Of a DNA stretch of 64,000 nucleotides, positions 39,200 through 50,875 are shown in pieces. Positions within the stretch are counted from its first letter, which is position 1; every line of letters starts with the position of its first letter. Source of the stretch: Peribolospora baueri (taxonomy: Eukaryota). The stretch lies in assembly GCA_029717555.1 (NCBI GenBank), contig JAMDHS010000021.1:186001-250000 (forward strand), read 5' to 3'. The translations under genes were made by a program, and so were the position numbers. The notes under the pieces were generated by a model, which saw only the letters and a list, made by a program, of their open reading frames with translations, ran no database searches and was not told where the DNA came from.

Positions 39200-39507
39200 T
39201 CCTTTATTTTATTCCCAAGTGCGCGTCGAGGCGGTGAGCGAGTCGATGGGCGGAGCGTGAGGGGGTCGAGCGACGACTGGTGCTGGTGCTGATTTAACCA
39301 GCCACGCCAATTTGGCGCGCAGGGACGCGTCGGCCGGCCGATTGCGAGTCACGTGCGCACAGAGCACAGCGCGCACACACTATCTAATCGGCGGGTGGAC
39401 GATTGCCGCCGCGGCGGTTATGGCAGATACGCGCAGAGCGCGCGCCGCGCCGCGAGGCGAATACGTACGTGAGCTCCTCTCGCTATGATCGCCCTCCTGT
39501 CAAATAG

Positions 39508-39514
39508 TATAAAA
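39508..39514 (+). promoter_or_regulatory. Canonical TATA box (TATAAAA) pointing into the 39.5-41 kb island
   Basis: GTATAAAAGG, divergent from the Sos7-like gene. No ATG follows until 40059. Confidence 0.5.
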
Positions 39515-40220
39515 GGACAACCTCCGAGTCCCCTGGAGGAGGATAATCACCTTCTATCATCAACACAATCCAAACCTTGGCATAGCTTCCAGCTTGTCTT
39601 GTAGCTTCCAGCTGCGATCGGGCTTCTGCCCTCGGCCTCGTGCCACTCCCCTGCGCTCGTCGGCCGATCGACCCCGTCCGCTTCCTTCCTTCCTTTCTTT
39701 TTACCCTCATCTTGCACGCTGTCTATTTCATTCGCTGTTCCCGTGTAAAGGACGGGGCCGGTCCCTTCGACAAGCTCGCCCGCTCTTCGTCGCCCTGTGG
39801 CGATTCAGAAGCGGTAAGAGCCATCGTTCTTTCCTTTGCCCAGCAAAACTGAGCGGGGCACAACCGATTCGCATCATATTAACGACGACCCCGCATCGCC
39901 TCGTGGAATCTTTACCTTCCAGCTTCCGACGGGCCCCACCATCGCTAGCAGTGCCGACAAGACCCCCTCACAACTCACCCACATCCTCTACCACTACTCC
40001 ACACTGGTGCGATATCTTACCCAAGATAGAGAACGGTCTGACTTCTCATTCCAAGGTGATGAAGGACCAGCAGACTTTTGGCTTTACTCACCTGCTGCCC
40101 TTCTATAGCCTGATTTCTGACCTTGAACTTTTGATCTATAACTCTGCGTTTGATTTCAGACTATTCCCCCCCTCCTGCCAAAAGGAAGCGAGGACCGGAG
40201 GCCAACATCACATCACATCA

Positions 40221-40635
40221 CTCTGGGTGGGCGCGCCGCCCAGCTCTCGAAACCGGCCCACTTTAGTGGTCTTCAAAGAGCTGGTGTGTCTCGCCTTTGT
40301 GGCTTGGGGAGGTTCGGGAGGGGCGCGACGGCGAGTACGTTGCGCACTTTACGCCGGATGACGTAGCCAAGCTGCCTATGGGGGCGTCGGACGCCCAAGG
40401 GCTACCCGCTCGAATCTAACAGGCACATACTCCTGTCCGATTCGTGCGATGTGGAGCCCTTGGGCGTCCGACGCCCCCATAGGCAGCTTAGCGACGTCGT
40501 CCGGGGTGAAGTGCGCGACGAACTCGCCGTCGCGCCCCTCGCGGACCTCACCAAGCCACAGGGGTGTCACCCCCAGCTCCTGAAAGACCACTAAAGTGGC
40601 CGGTTTCGAGAGCTGGGCTGCGTGCGCACCCAGAG
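40221..40635. repeat. Long imperfect inverted repeat / fold-back hairpin (arms 40221-40423 and 40432-40635, loop CACATACT)
   Basis: Arms align by eye over ~200 nt. A perfect 35-bp core pairs 40369-40403 with 40455-40489, and pairing continues (CGAATC..ACAGG / CCTGT..GATTCG) to an 8-nt loop. Confidence 0.92.
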
Positions 40636-40825
40636 CCCGGACCCAAACGAGGCAGGCAGTCCTCCACGTCTCGGGGATGGTTCCCTCCGAGTAGTTAAAG
40701 AAAGGCATGGCTCTGGTCCGGGTTGGGGCAGCAAGAAGCTGCAACACGCGTTCAGACTCGCCCTTCTGAGAGGAACTTCCCGTTTCCAGGATTTGCTCCT
40801 CTCCGGAGCTGTCGAAATCGGACAT
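40376..40825 (-). CDS. Intronless orphan ORF (149 aa) forming the right arm of the hairpin; possibly of mobile-element or virus origin
   Basis: MSDFDSSGEEQ..WRTACLVWVRALG..LWLGEVREGRDGEFVAHFTPDDVAKLPMG.. Differences from the left-arm copy are mostly synonymous in this frame, implying past or present coding constraint. Confidence 0.45.
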   Translation of the reverse strand: MSDFDSSGEEQILETGSSSQKGESERVLQLLAAPTRTRAMPFFNYSEGTIPETWRTACLVWVRALGAHAAQLSKPATLVVFQELGVTPLWLGEVREGRDGEFVAHFTPDDVAKLPMGASDAQGLHIARIGQEYVPVRFERVALGRPTPP

Positions 40826-41362
40826 CAGGTTGCTCGGAGAGGAGCACGGTTACCCTTCGTCATCATCGCTCGCGGAGCAGAAGCACTACGAAGCGGCCGT
40901 CAATGCTGTTACCGACACCGACGTGTTGGACGACGAGTCGCCCTCTCCTTCTTGGTCAGCGCAAGCCGGTATGGCGGATGTCCGCTCGGCCGACTCGATC
41001 GTCACCGCTGGCGCCGCCTTTGACGCCGGCGTCTATGCGATAGGACCGGCGCTCCTCGATTCCCCTCGAATACCCTTTGGTGGGCTTTGTTTCGACGTCT
41101 CTCATGTATCAACGTCTCTCGTCTATCTTAATGTCTGTTGCTACCGTTCTCCTTTCCATGCCCTCATCTCTTATGCCTCCAAACGTGGCATGCATCGATG
41201 TCAGCGTCTGCTCTACATTGTATTTTCATATCATCCATCCCATCTCCTATCTTCATCGCTCGCTTCTTCCTTCACTGTACGAAATATCCTCGGTACGAAT
41301 TGCACAAGTCTCGTCTACATCTACCCGGCACACAGAATCTTCAACACACGTCGGAAGCCAAA

Positions 41363-42519
41363 TCAGATCTCGGGCTCTACGACGACCCTCAAACGGACCC
41401 GAGCGCCCAGGGGTCGAATGTGTGCGTTGACTGCGTGCGAACGGCGGAGAGAAGGTCGTCAAAGAGAGGGAAGGAAGGAATTAGCTTCTTCTGTCAGCGG
41501 TGTACTTGCGCATGAGAAAGAAAACGAGAAGGAGGAGAGAAGAGGAACGGGAGAAGAAGAAGAGGCAGGCAGAGACGAAGGACACCAAAGCAGAAGCAAG
41601 GGCAGGAGCAGTTCTCACCCAGATATTCTCCGGTTCTCTTAATCCTGCCCCGCTCGAGAGCGCTCTTCGTCCCTGCCGCCCCGTCCAAGAGCTCGTATTC
41701 CACCACGGCAGCGCGGCCGGCCGGGACGGCAGCCGCGCCAGCGCCAGTACCTTCCTCGACGCCGTGCTCGGTCCGCAAAACGTCCAAGACGTCGGCGAGC
41801 GTCACCGACCCGTGCAGCGTCCTTCCCGTCGTCATCGCCGCCGGTTCGGTTTGAGCATGAGAAACGCGTCGGCGGAGGACGAGAGGGGGAAGGGACTCTA
41901 GGAGGGTTTGGAGGGCAAGCGGGTCTTGCGTGCTAGGCTCGGGTCGAGATTGTGGGGACGCAGGGGTGGAGCCGGGGTCGGAAGAAGAGGCGAGGGCATC
42001 GCCGAACGGATCGGTGGCAGAGGAAGGGGAGAGGTAAGAGGCCTTGAAGGTTGGGTAGAGGTCGTTTCGCATCCTCCCTGGGGAGACTTGTTGCGTCGTG
42101 CCTGGAGGGACGTTACAAGTGCAGGCCGCACGTAAGGAGAAGATCCACGTCTCGATTCGCGGCCGAACGCCCCATCCGCCTGACGAAAGCATCAACGCGC
42201 GCGCAACGCACCCTTACGACCGAGGCCAGGGACGTCCTCAAGGAGCCGGACGGGGATGACCTTCTTGCTCATAAGCCGCCGCTGCACAAGCGGTGGTGAG
42301 AGTAGGTCAGCGCAAGAGGGCGGTGAAAGGAAACGACAAGAGAGTAAGTTGATGGGGGGACGCTGATTAGGAACCCGACCGGCTGGCCGCGTATGAGGCT
42401 TCTCCGTCCACCTGAGCCAAACTCACCTGCGCCATAGAGGCCAGGACACTTGCTGGAGAGGAGAATGTTCGCAATACGCTCCTTGTCAGCGGTCTCTGGA
42501 AGGCATTCATCGTCGTCAT
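41363..42519 (-). CDS. Mitochondrial ribosomal protein bL9m (L9)
   Basis: Presequence MTTMNAFQRPLTRSVLRTFSS..MAQ|RRLMSKKVIPVRLLEDVPGLGRKG|TTQQVSPGRMRNDLYP (L9 N-domain), LHGSVTLADV..GRIKRTGEYL|VNAHIR..LRVVVEPEI* (L9 C-domain). Confidence 0.87.
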
Positions 42520-42958
42520 GGTCGTCGGGGATGAGCTGAACGGCCTGTGGAACGCTCCTCAGACCCGTTCTTCTCAAAGGCATCTCATTTTGTTTGTGGC
42601 ACGTGACATTACAAACCGTTCTTGAGTTTGAAAGCTCGTAAAGGGCATCATTAGAAAAGATTGTCCCCGTCCCTCCTTTCGTCCTCTCTGGAAGCGGTGC
42701 AAGTAATACTTCGACTACAATGGGAACGGGTATGGATTCTGTCATATCACGAATAGACAGCATTTAGTTATGAAGAGGGAGCAAACGGAATGACTGCCTG
42801 CAGCGCCAGGTGGAAGATGGAGGACGGAAGAACCCTGGGGAGTTCGAGAGAGGGTACGAGGGCGGAAGGTGGATTTGCCAAACAGATAAGGGAAGGTAGT
42901 ACCGCCTGCCTCTCAGGCAGCGAGCCAACAATCGAGCACGAAGCTCCGCGAAAAGAAC

Positions 42959-45400
42959 CTAGGCGTCCGCCTCCTCTGTCTCCGCGCCCGTAGTATCCGT
43001 CGTCGTCCCGCTCTCGCGCAGCGCACCTGCCTCACCCTCTTCCTCGGCGCTACTGCTCGGGCTCGCTTCTTCGCCTTCGCTTGCCGTTCGCCCTGTTCTC
43101 TCCTCGATTCGCTCAGTCTCGCCCTCAGTTGCCTCTTCCGGCGCGAAGCGATCTTGCTCTTCACCGCGGGGCTCCTCGGGAAGGAGAGAGGGAGACCCGG
43201 ACGCGGAGGAACTGGGCTCGTCCACCTCTGGTATCGAAGCGATCCGAGGTTGCAAGCCGCGGGGTATGTGACCGGCCGGCGGCGAAGTGAACGAGGGAGT
43301 CGAAGAAGACGGCGCTGTGGCGGATGAGGAAGAAGAGCTTGTCGTGGCTGTGGAAGGTACCGAAGGGCCGAAGCTCCCTCTCCCGCCGCCGATAGGCCCA
43401 GTCGCAGCCCCGGACGTCTCCGAGCCACCCACGGTGCTGGGCGGTCCGCCTGAAGACTCTCGGCGCTCACGCTGCTTTGCAATTGCCCATCGAACCCTCT
43501 CCGCCTCCGCCTCTCTAGCGCGCTCCAGCTCGCTAACGGCGGTACGACTGCCACCAGAGGCCCCGGAAGCGAGCCTGGCGCGTTCAAAAGCGGACCGTCG
43601 GGCTCCCTCCTCCTCGCCCGCCTCCGTGGGTTCGTCTTCCCACTCCCAACCTTCATCTTCCCCTGTGGGGATGCCAGGACTGAGGGCGGCGAGACGTTCG
43701 ACCCTGTACTGCTCTTCCTCCTCTTCCTCGCGATCCCGACCGAGTAGACGCACGCTCTCGTCCACACCCCCCATCCTCCTACCAGCTCGGCGGTCACGCT
43801 CTCGCTCTCTCCTCCGCCTTTCCCGCCTCTCTTCACGGTCCACTTCCACCAACCTCCTCCTTCTCGCTTCCACGCCATGACGTCGATGGCGAAGTTGGCT
43901 AGAGAGGTCCTCTCCAACTTCCGCGCTTGCTGATCCCTTCTCTGTCTCCTCGCTCTCCTCCTCTCCTTCTTCTGCACCAGTATCCTCCGTAGCCAAGAGA
44001 GGGGGTTTGTCCCGGAAGAAGGGTGACGGGGGGCGAGAGGAGGAGGCCCGGAAGTAGGTGATGAGACCCCAGATGAGCAGCGCCGAAATGAGCTCGCCGA
44101 GGAAGAAGAGGTAGGTAAATAGCAGGAAAGAGATGAGCGGGTGGTGGACGAGGAGGTACCTGTAGGACAGCATACAGTCGAAATGCGGAGTTTGTGAGCC
44201 ACCAAGAGAAAACATACGCTGTGGATGTGCAAGAAAACCCCATTTTCGTACCTTACGCCTCCGAAATCAGCGTCGAACCTCAGCCAGCTCTCGAACACCT
44301 GCAGCTCGCCTCTGCTGCTCCCCACACATCTCGACCCGACCGGCCCTGTGATACCCATTGCAGCTCCGGTGGCCCAGAAGGACGCCTGATCGTGCCGACC
44401 AACTTGCACTCTGCCATGCGTCACTTTCGATGCCATCGAGAGAGACCGATCCAGAGGTCTCGTGATGGGAAATGAGGGGTTCAGTAGGGCGCGAGAGAAG
44501 AGGGGGATAGAGAGAGTCTGAGCGGAGGGGTGATACCGCACTGGGGAACGGCGTTTGGATTTGGAAGAGGAAGTGAACGGACTTAGGTAAGGAGAGGGAG
44601 AGGAGAATGGGGAGAGGAAAGAGACGGCGGAGGAGAGGAGACGGATGGGCGGGGAGCTGTAGGCCATGATAGCCTGCGAGGAAGAACAGGCGCGTAAGCA
44701 ATCGCCAAGACAACCCGGCTTCGGATAGTGGAAAGGCAAACCAAGCGATATTCACCGGTCGACTGGCTGCGAGGACCGTCTCATTACTTGCAGATCGCAA
44801 GTCGATCAGCACCATGAAGTTGCCTGCGGGCATAACGGGAGTCAGCGCTAGAGCTTAGAGAAAAAGCAGTACCATTCGGGCAAGATCCGGAAGACTCACC
44901 AAGATCTACATTAGCCGGAGATGGTGGAACGCTGAGTTCGAGCGTAACATCGTACTCCACATCGGGAGCGAAAAAGTCATCTTCGGCACTGGGCAGCGCG
45001 AAGTCTGCGAAAGGTGGTTGTGAGAAGCTTGGAAGGCGTGAGGATAAGCGAGAAAGGTTGAACAAGAGACAGGTGAGCATCAGCATGGCTCTGCGCGGAT
45101 GCAGTACACTGCATTCCCTTCTCACCCATATTGCAAGAAAACCTCCACGCCCTTTGATCCCTCAGGGACGTAGCTGGCGTAAAATGCGGCATACGCGACT
45201 ATGCTGAGCGCGCAGCTCGCACCGAGAACCAGGGAGGCAAGGACGAGAGCAACAAGGGCCTTGTGTGTTTTTGGAGATGAGGCCGTGTCGCGTGCCAGTC
45301 CGAACATTTGACGTGCGGTGGAAAAGAGCGAGGAGAAGGGGGAGAGGAGGTGGTCGACGACGGACGGGAGCGAGACGGGCCGGGCGCCGAGGTCGGCCAT
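42959..45400 (-). CDS. SEI1: Seipin (Sei1/Fld1/BSCL2), lipid-droplet biogenesis, with a long acidic tail
   Basis: TM1 ..LSIVAYAAFYASYVP..VFLQYG, YDVTLELSVPPSPANVDLG|NFMV, LAASRP..YSSPPIRL, LQVFESWLRFDADFGGVR|YLLVHHPLISFLLF TM2. Confidence 0.88.
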
Positions 45401-45834
45401 GGCGACAGAGAACACAGCTTCGGCCCTGCCGAGCCTTGGAGGTGCTGTGTAAAGACTTGTGTGCGTCTCTCGCTTTATATACGTCCGCTCCGATCGTCCG
45501 GACGGCAGTCGGTCGAGAAGGGAAGAGACAGGCTGGACGTCGGTGGGAGTCCCATCCCCCCTAATTCCCCCAATTCCTGGACGTTAGCACGTGACCGAGG
45601 TGACATCTTCGATCACTTTCGGTGTCGCACACCAGGTTCTTACATTTTTCCAGGTCTTTCCATTCGCCGCAATCTGGGTGCCTCACGCAACCCTCGGCAG
45701 CGGTCAAGCCAGCGAAGAAAAAGCAACGACGACGACGGCGACGACGACAACGACGACAACCTCCCCAATTTCTCGGCAGCATCTGCTCTTCCAATCCTTC
45801 ACACTCCCGTCACTTGCATACCACGGTCGATCTA

Positions 45835-47987
45835 ATGGCAGACAACACGACGTCTTCCGATGCCGCTTCGGCGCCGTCCAACGAGATTACCATCAACGTC
45901 AAGGGGCCGTCCGAGCTCAAGCTCTCTCTTACCATCGCCACCGACAAGACCGTCTTAGAGCTCAAACAAGCTATTGCTGAGAAAAGCGGTGTCGAGGCTA
46001 GCAGGTGAGCCAACAGATGGGATGTTGTATTTTGAGTATATGATGTAGTGAGGTGGGCAAAGATCGCGGAGGGTAACGGGTGCTTCGTTTGCTCAATACG
46101 TTCGTCTTTTGCCACATCCCTCTCCTTCGGTGGCCAATCCTTAACCCTGTGCTATCTTCTGCAGCCAACGACTTATCTACTCCGGCAAGGTCTTGAAAGA
46201 CGACGACCCACTTTCCCAGTACAAGATTGCCTCCGGACACACCCTTCACATGGTCAAGGGCGCCGCACGCTCCGGGGGCGGCGCTGCCTCTGCCTCCACT
46301 TCCTCTTCTGCCCCTGCTGCTTCCACAGGAACGGCGGGCCGGGCAAGTGAAGCTGCCGGAATCCCCTCCAGTTTTGGAGCCGGTCAGAACTGGAACAATA
46401 ACCCTCTCGCGCAGCTTAACTCTCATATGGGATTCGGCCTTGGCAACTTCAACCCTTTCACCGGTATGGGGCTCAACCCGAACGGTAAGCGGTCGATTTT
46501 ATTGCTAAGGAGCGAAGGGCGAAGGGGAATACCACACAGCAAGGGTTGTGTCAGCACTGTAGCTCATTTCATGCCACTCGTCCTTTTCGCTCTGCCTTAT
46601 TCTCTCAGACCCGAACATGGCCATGAATATGTTGTGAGTCGCTGTACACCTTGGTTTTGCTCACCTCTATGAAGTATATTTCTCTCATCTACTAAAGTTT
46701 CTTCTCGGGATGTATGCGTATTGCTGTGGAGCTGATCCTTGTCATTCATTTCGCCACTGTTCACCGTTCTGACGATCGTTTCTTCCCATTCTGTTAATAC
46801 CTGCCCTAAAAGCTCCAATCCGGAATTCCTGACACAGATGCGTAGCATGCTCGCAAATCCGATGGTAATTGACCAGGTGAGTTCAGAGGTTTATGCGTCG
46901 CGTCTTTGTAACAGGCAGACGTAACCGCGATATTCGCGCATGTGATCATGCTGACGTCCTTCCCTGATTTTGGTTCCAATCTCTGCGCCCAGATCATTGC
47001 CCTCAACCCGCAATTGCAAGCGATGGGCCCGCAAATCCGGGAAATGATGCGGAGCGAGCAGTTCAGGGAGTTCATGTGAGCGCCGACTTCCTCGCTCGAC
47101 TTGGTCTTCCTCCCAAAAATACTCCATTCGTCATGTCCGTGCTGATGATCATTTCGGCCTCTTTTGAAACATCATGACGTGCGAATGAGACAGCACCAAC
47201 CCGGAATCGATGCGCCGCATGATGGAGCTGCAGCGCACGATGGGCGGGGAGGGAGGTATGCAAGGCATGCAAGGCATGGGAGGCCTGGGGCCCATGGCCG
47301 GCCTCTTCGGCGCTCCCCCTCCATCCTTCAATGCTCCCGCCGGCGGTACTCCTGCTACGTCCGCTCCTTCCTCAACCACTCCCTCCTCTACTTCCCAGTC
47401 TCCTCAGTCCTCCACAAGCCAGTCTCACCAGGTACCGGCCTTCAACCCCTTCGCTCTTCTCGGAGCTATGGGTGCTCCTCCTGCTTCTTCCCCTGGCGGT
47501 ACTGCTGGCGCAGAAGGCACAGGCGGTGCGGCAGGCGCAGGAGGCGGAGCGCCGACGAATCCATTCGGGATGAACCCAGAGTTGATGCAGCAGTTGTTGG
47601 GTGGCATGGGACCGTTTGGAGGAGGCTTGGGTGGCGGGCCATTCGGAGGTGCGGGCACTCCCGCGCAGCCGCAAGATTCGCGAAGTCCCGAGGAGAGGTA
47701 CCAGGTGAGCGCCTAGCATGTTGGTACTGTGGCCGAGCCGAGTCTGTCGCGTTCCGCGCTCGTGATCCGGTTGGCCCGTATCATAGTTATTTGCTTCGAG
47801 GTGCGTTCGTTTGATAGCTGAATTACCCTCTCCTCACCACCTCCCCTTCCATACACAGACTCAACTCCAGCAGCTCTCGGACATGGGCTTCACGGACGCG
47901 TCGGAAAACGTGCGCGCTTTGATTGCCAGCGGCGGAAATGTCAACGGAGCGGTGGAGTACATTCTCGGGCGGAGGGCGGGCATGTGA
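45835..47987 (+). CDS. DSK2: Ubiquilin/Dsk2 UBL-STI1-UBA shuttle protein
   Basis: [22 protein letters not shown]..|[31 protein letters not shown] (UBL), STI1-like NPQL/NPE repeats, [42 protein letters not shown] (UBA). Confidence 0.94.
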
Positions 47988-49050
47988 TGCCTTGCGATGT
48001 GCACGGGATGCGAGGTCGGTCAGGGGTGTGACGAGGCTTATTACTCCTCACGAGCTGGAATGACGATAAACGTCATCTGCATTCAGGCAAAGCCTTGATA
48101 TCCTGTGTGGATCCCTGCTTCCCTCTCCTGTCCGTTAGATTCCCATTCCGGCTCCGCGCGAATCTTTTCCTTCTCATCGCACTCTCCTTTTGCGTCCTCG
48201 ACTTGGCAGCGCCATCATGTGCAGCCCGATGTTTCCCCTTTCTTTGTTTGCCAGCTCACCACCACAGGAACATGGATCCTTCACTGCCTACTTTATTACC
48301 TGAGGGCCTGCTTTAGCTTATCAGCGATGAGAGATTATTGATGGGATGGGCATTCCTAAGACTGGGTGGTTTTGCTCGACAGGACCAGTCAGCTCAGCTA
48401 GGTCCAGACTGTAGATCTCGTTTCAATCCTTTGGATTGCTTGACGGTGAGCTCAAATGCTCAGCCCGCCTTCGTCATCATGCACACCTGTCCTCAGCATC
48501 CTCACCTCGCCGTGGTTCTCACCACTGCCCTCACTCTTACTTTGAGTTGCCCTTCTACAATGGAAAATGGGGCGAATCGCTCTGCCTGCACGACCACACG
48601 GGACAAAGGAAATTTCTGTCTGAGTGGCAGATGAGGCATCCGCGAACAATGAGGCCAACGGCCATAGTGACCATCGTTGTTATCCATCAGGCCGCATCCC
48701 ATGATCCTTCCCGTCGTGAAGTCGGTTAGTCAGCCCCGTACGAACTTTAATTTACAGGTCACCATAATCTCGTCGAACGAATATCGCACAAAAGAGGCAG
48801 GAGCCGAGGCGCTCCCTGACTAGGAACGCTGGAAGTCGAAGCTGGCCGGAGTTGCACCTGCGTTGCTACCTGGTCGAACCCCAATCCGCACGCTAAAGTG
48901 ACTACAGGGTGTGAGGTAGAGTAAGAGGAGCCATGGCGAGGAAAGACGGACGTCGCCGCCTAATGAGGATGCGTACGGGCACTCGTACCTTCCTACCCAC
49001 TCCATTCATCGAGACCGAAGTTAATTCGCATGACGAATCCTCTGCCCTGG

Positions 49051-50875
49051 TCAGACATCAACCGGATCTCCAATGCCGTCGGCATTGATACTGAAGACGC
49101 CTTCCGCCTCGGGCAAACACGGCGAATCATAGATCTTTGCGATTCGCTGCGTACCTCGGCCTTTGCGGAGGTTAAGTCTGCGGGTTCGATGAGGGGAGGT
49201 ATTCGGACGGCACACACGGCATAGGGAACAAATACTTCGTCAAGTGACCCTCCCGACAGCACGGCGTGGAGGCGAAATAGGAGCGCGTGCCGCTCACCTC
49301 GTAGTAGACGCGTGAGCGATGATGTTGCCACCGATCGGCTTCTTGTCGTTGCCAGCGAACATGGCAGCCGCATCAACTTGCGCCACGACTTGGTTCGTGA
49401 TCACTACGGCGACGCCGAACTGTTGGATGGAAGGTGGAGGGAGGTTGGGGGTGGTAAAGCACCAAAGGGATCGAAGCGACAGCCATTCCATGAATCAGAC
49501 AGCTGGCCCTTCTCGAACGGACGCAAAGGGAGCCTGCCTTGGTTGTGGAACGACTGAGACGTACCTCATCAGCCAAGCGCATGAGCGTCCTTAAGAACTT
49601 TGCGAGATGCATCTGACGTGCGGACAACTCCCCTCTGCCGGAGAAATCGGTGCGGTAAAGGGAGGTGGCCGAGTCGACTATGAGGAGGGCGAACCTGTAC
49701 ATAAGGGAAAAAGTGGGTAAAATGAGAGCAGCAAAAGGAGAAGGGAGATGAAGAGATGCGGAAGAGGAGTGATAGGAAGGCGAAGAAGAAGCGGAGGGAT
49801 ATAACAATACAGTGAACACCACAGATCCTGCCCGACCAATTCAAGTAGCCCCTGAGTCAGTCTCCACTCACCTCGACTCAGCCATCATAGCGCTCGCATG
49901 AACCAATAGCTGTAGTTGATGGTCGGCGTTGTAAGCCCTGGCATAGGCGACGTTATCGAGCACCTCCTCTCCGTTGAGGCCATACCGCTCCGCAGTGGCG
50001 AGGAGACGCTCGGGACGGAAGGTGCCTTCAGTGTCGATGTATAGAGCCTTGCCCTCGCCGCCACCCATGTCGACGGGTAACTGCCGGAAGGAGGACCCAG
50101 GGTGTGCGAGACAATAGAGAAAGATGTCGGCGATGAGCGGGCAAAGAGTTCGACGCGCATACACAAACTGTTTTGCGTGGGCAGTCGTTCCTCTCCCCCC
50201 TGTGGAGATACCCCCGCAGTAAACACTCACCTGACAAGTTACAGCAAGTGTATGGCAAATCTGGCTCTTTCCCGTCCTAAACTCGCCAAAAATCTCGGTG
50301 ATAGAGCCGGTCTCGATGCCGCCGCCAAGACAGGCGTCCAGATTCTTGGAGCCGGTGGTGATGGAGATCAGGTCGGAACGGCGTTGGTGGAACTCTGTCG
50401 CCGTGGTGAACCCCATTGGCACTAGTTTCGCAGCTGGAGGAAGCGAGGGCAGGGCGAGTATAAGGCCAGCGACAGGTGAGCGACACAAAGTGACACGACT
50501 GTGCTTCCCGCGAACCCACCCTCGGACAAGATCTTGTCAGCTTTTGCCTCGGAGATGCCCTTGACGGTGAGGAGCGTCTTCTTGGGCGTAAAGGCGATGG
50601 CCTCGATGGTGTGAAAGCCGGCCTCCGCGAGCTTCTTGCAGTCCGAGGAGGAGATACCATATTCCTGTGAAGCAATGTCCATAAAAAACAAGTGGGAAGA
50701 GGGGGTTAAAGCGGAAGGAACGGTGAGAAACAAGAAAGGAGGCTGTCAGAGAGAAACACGGAAAAGCGACGATCGAGCTCACCTCAAGCTTGGAAACGAG
50801 AAGGGGACCACCCATATCCTGAGCCTCCTCCTCCAAGCCAGGCTGCACAGCATCGGCGGCGTCGTCGTCAGCCAT
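49051..50875 (-). CDS. RAD51: DNA recombinase Rad51
   Basis: [163 protein letters not shown]. Confidence 0.97.

Noticed and set aside
39480..41100. Hammerhead ribozyme in the hairpin island
   Set aside because: No CTGANGA core was found by eye on either strand; other ribozyme classes need a covariance search.
48000..49040. Short ORFs in the ~1-kb convergent gap between DSK2 and RAD51
   Set aside because: No domain, consistent splice pattern or repeat structure; most likely 3' UTRs.
49051..50875. Could be meiotic DMC1
   Set aside because: [38 protein letters not shown] and [12 protein letters not shown] are Rad51-type.
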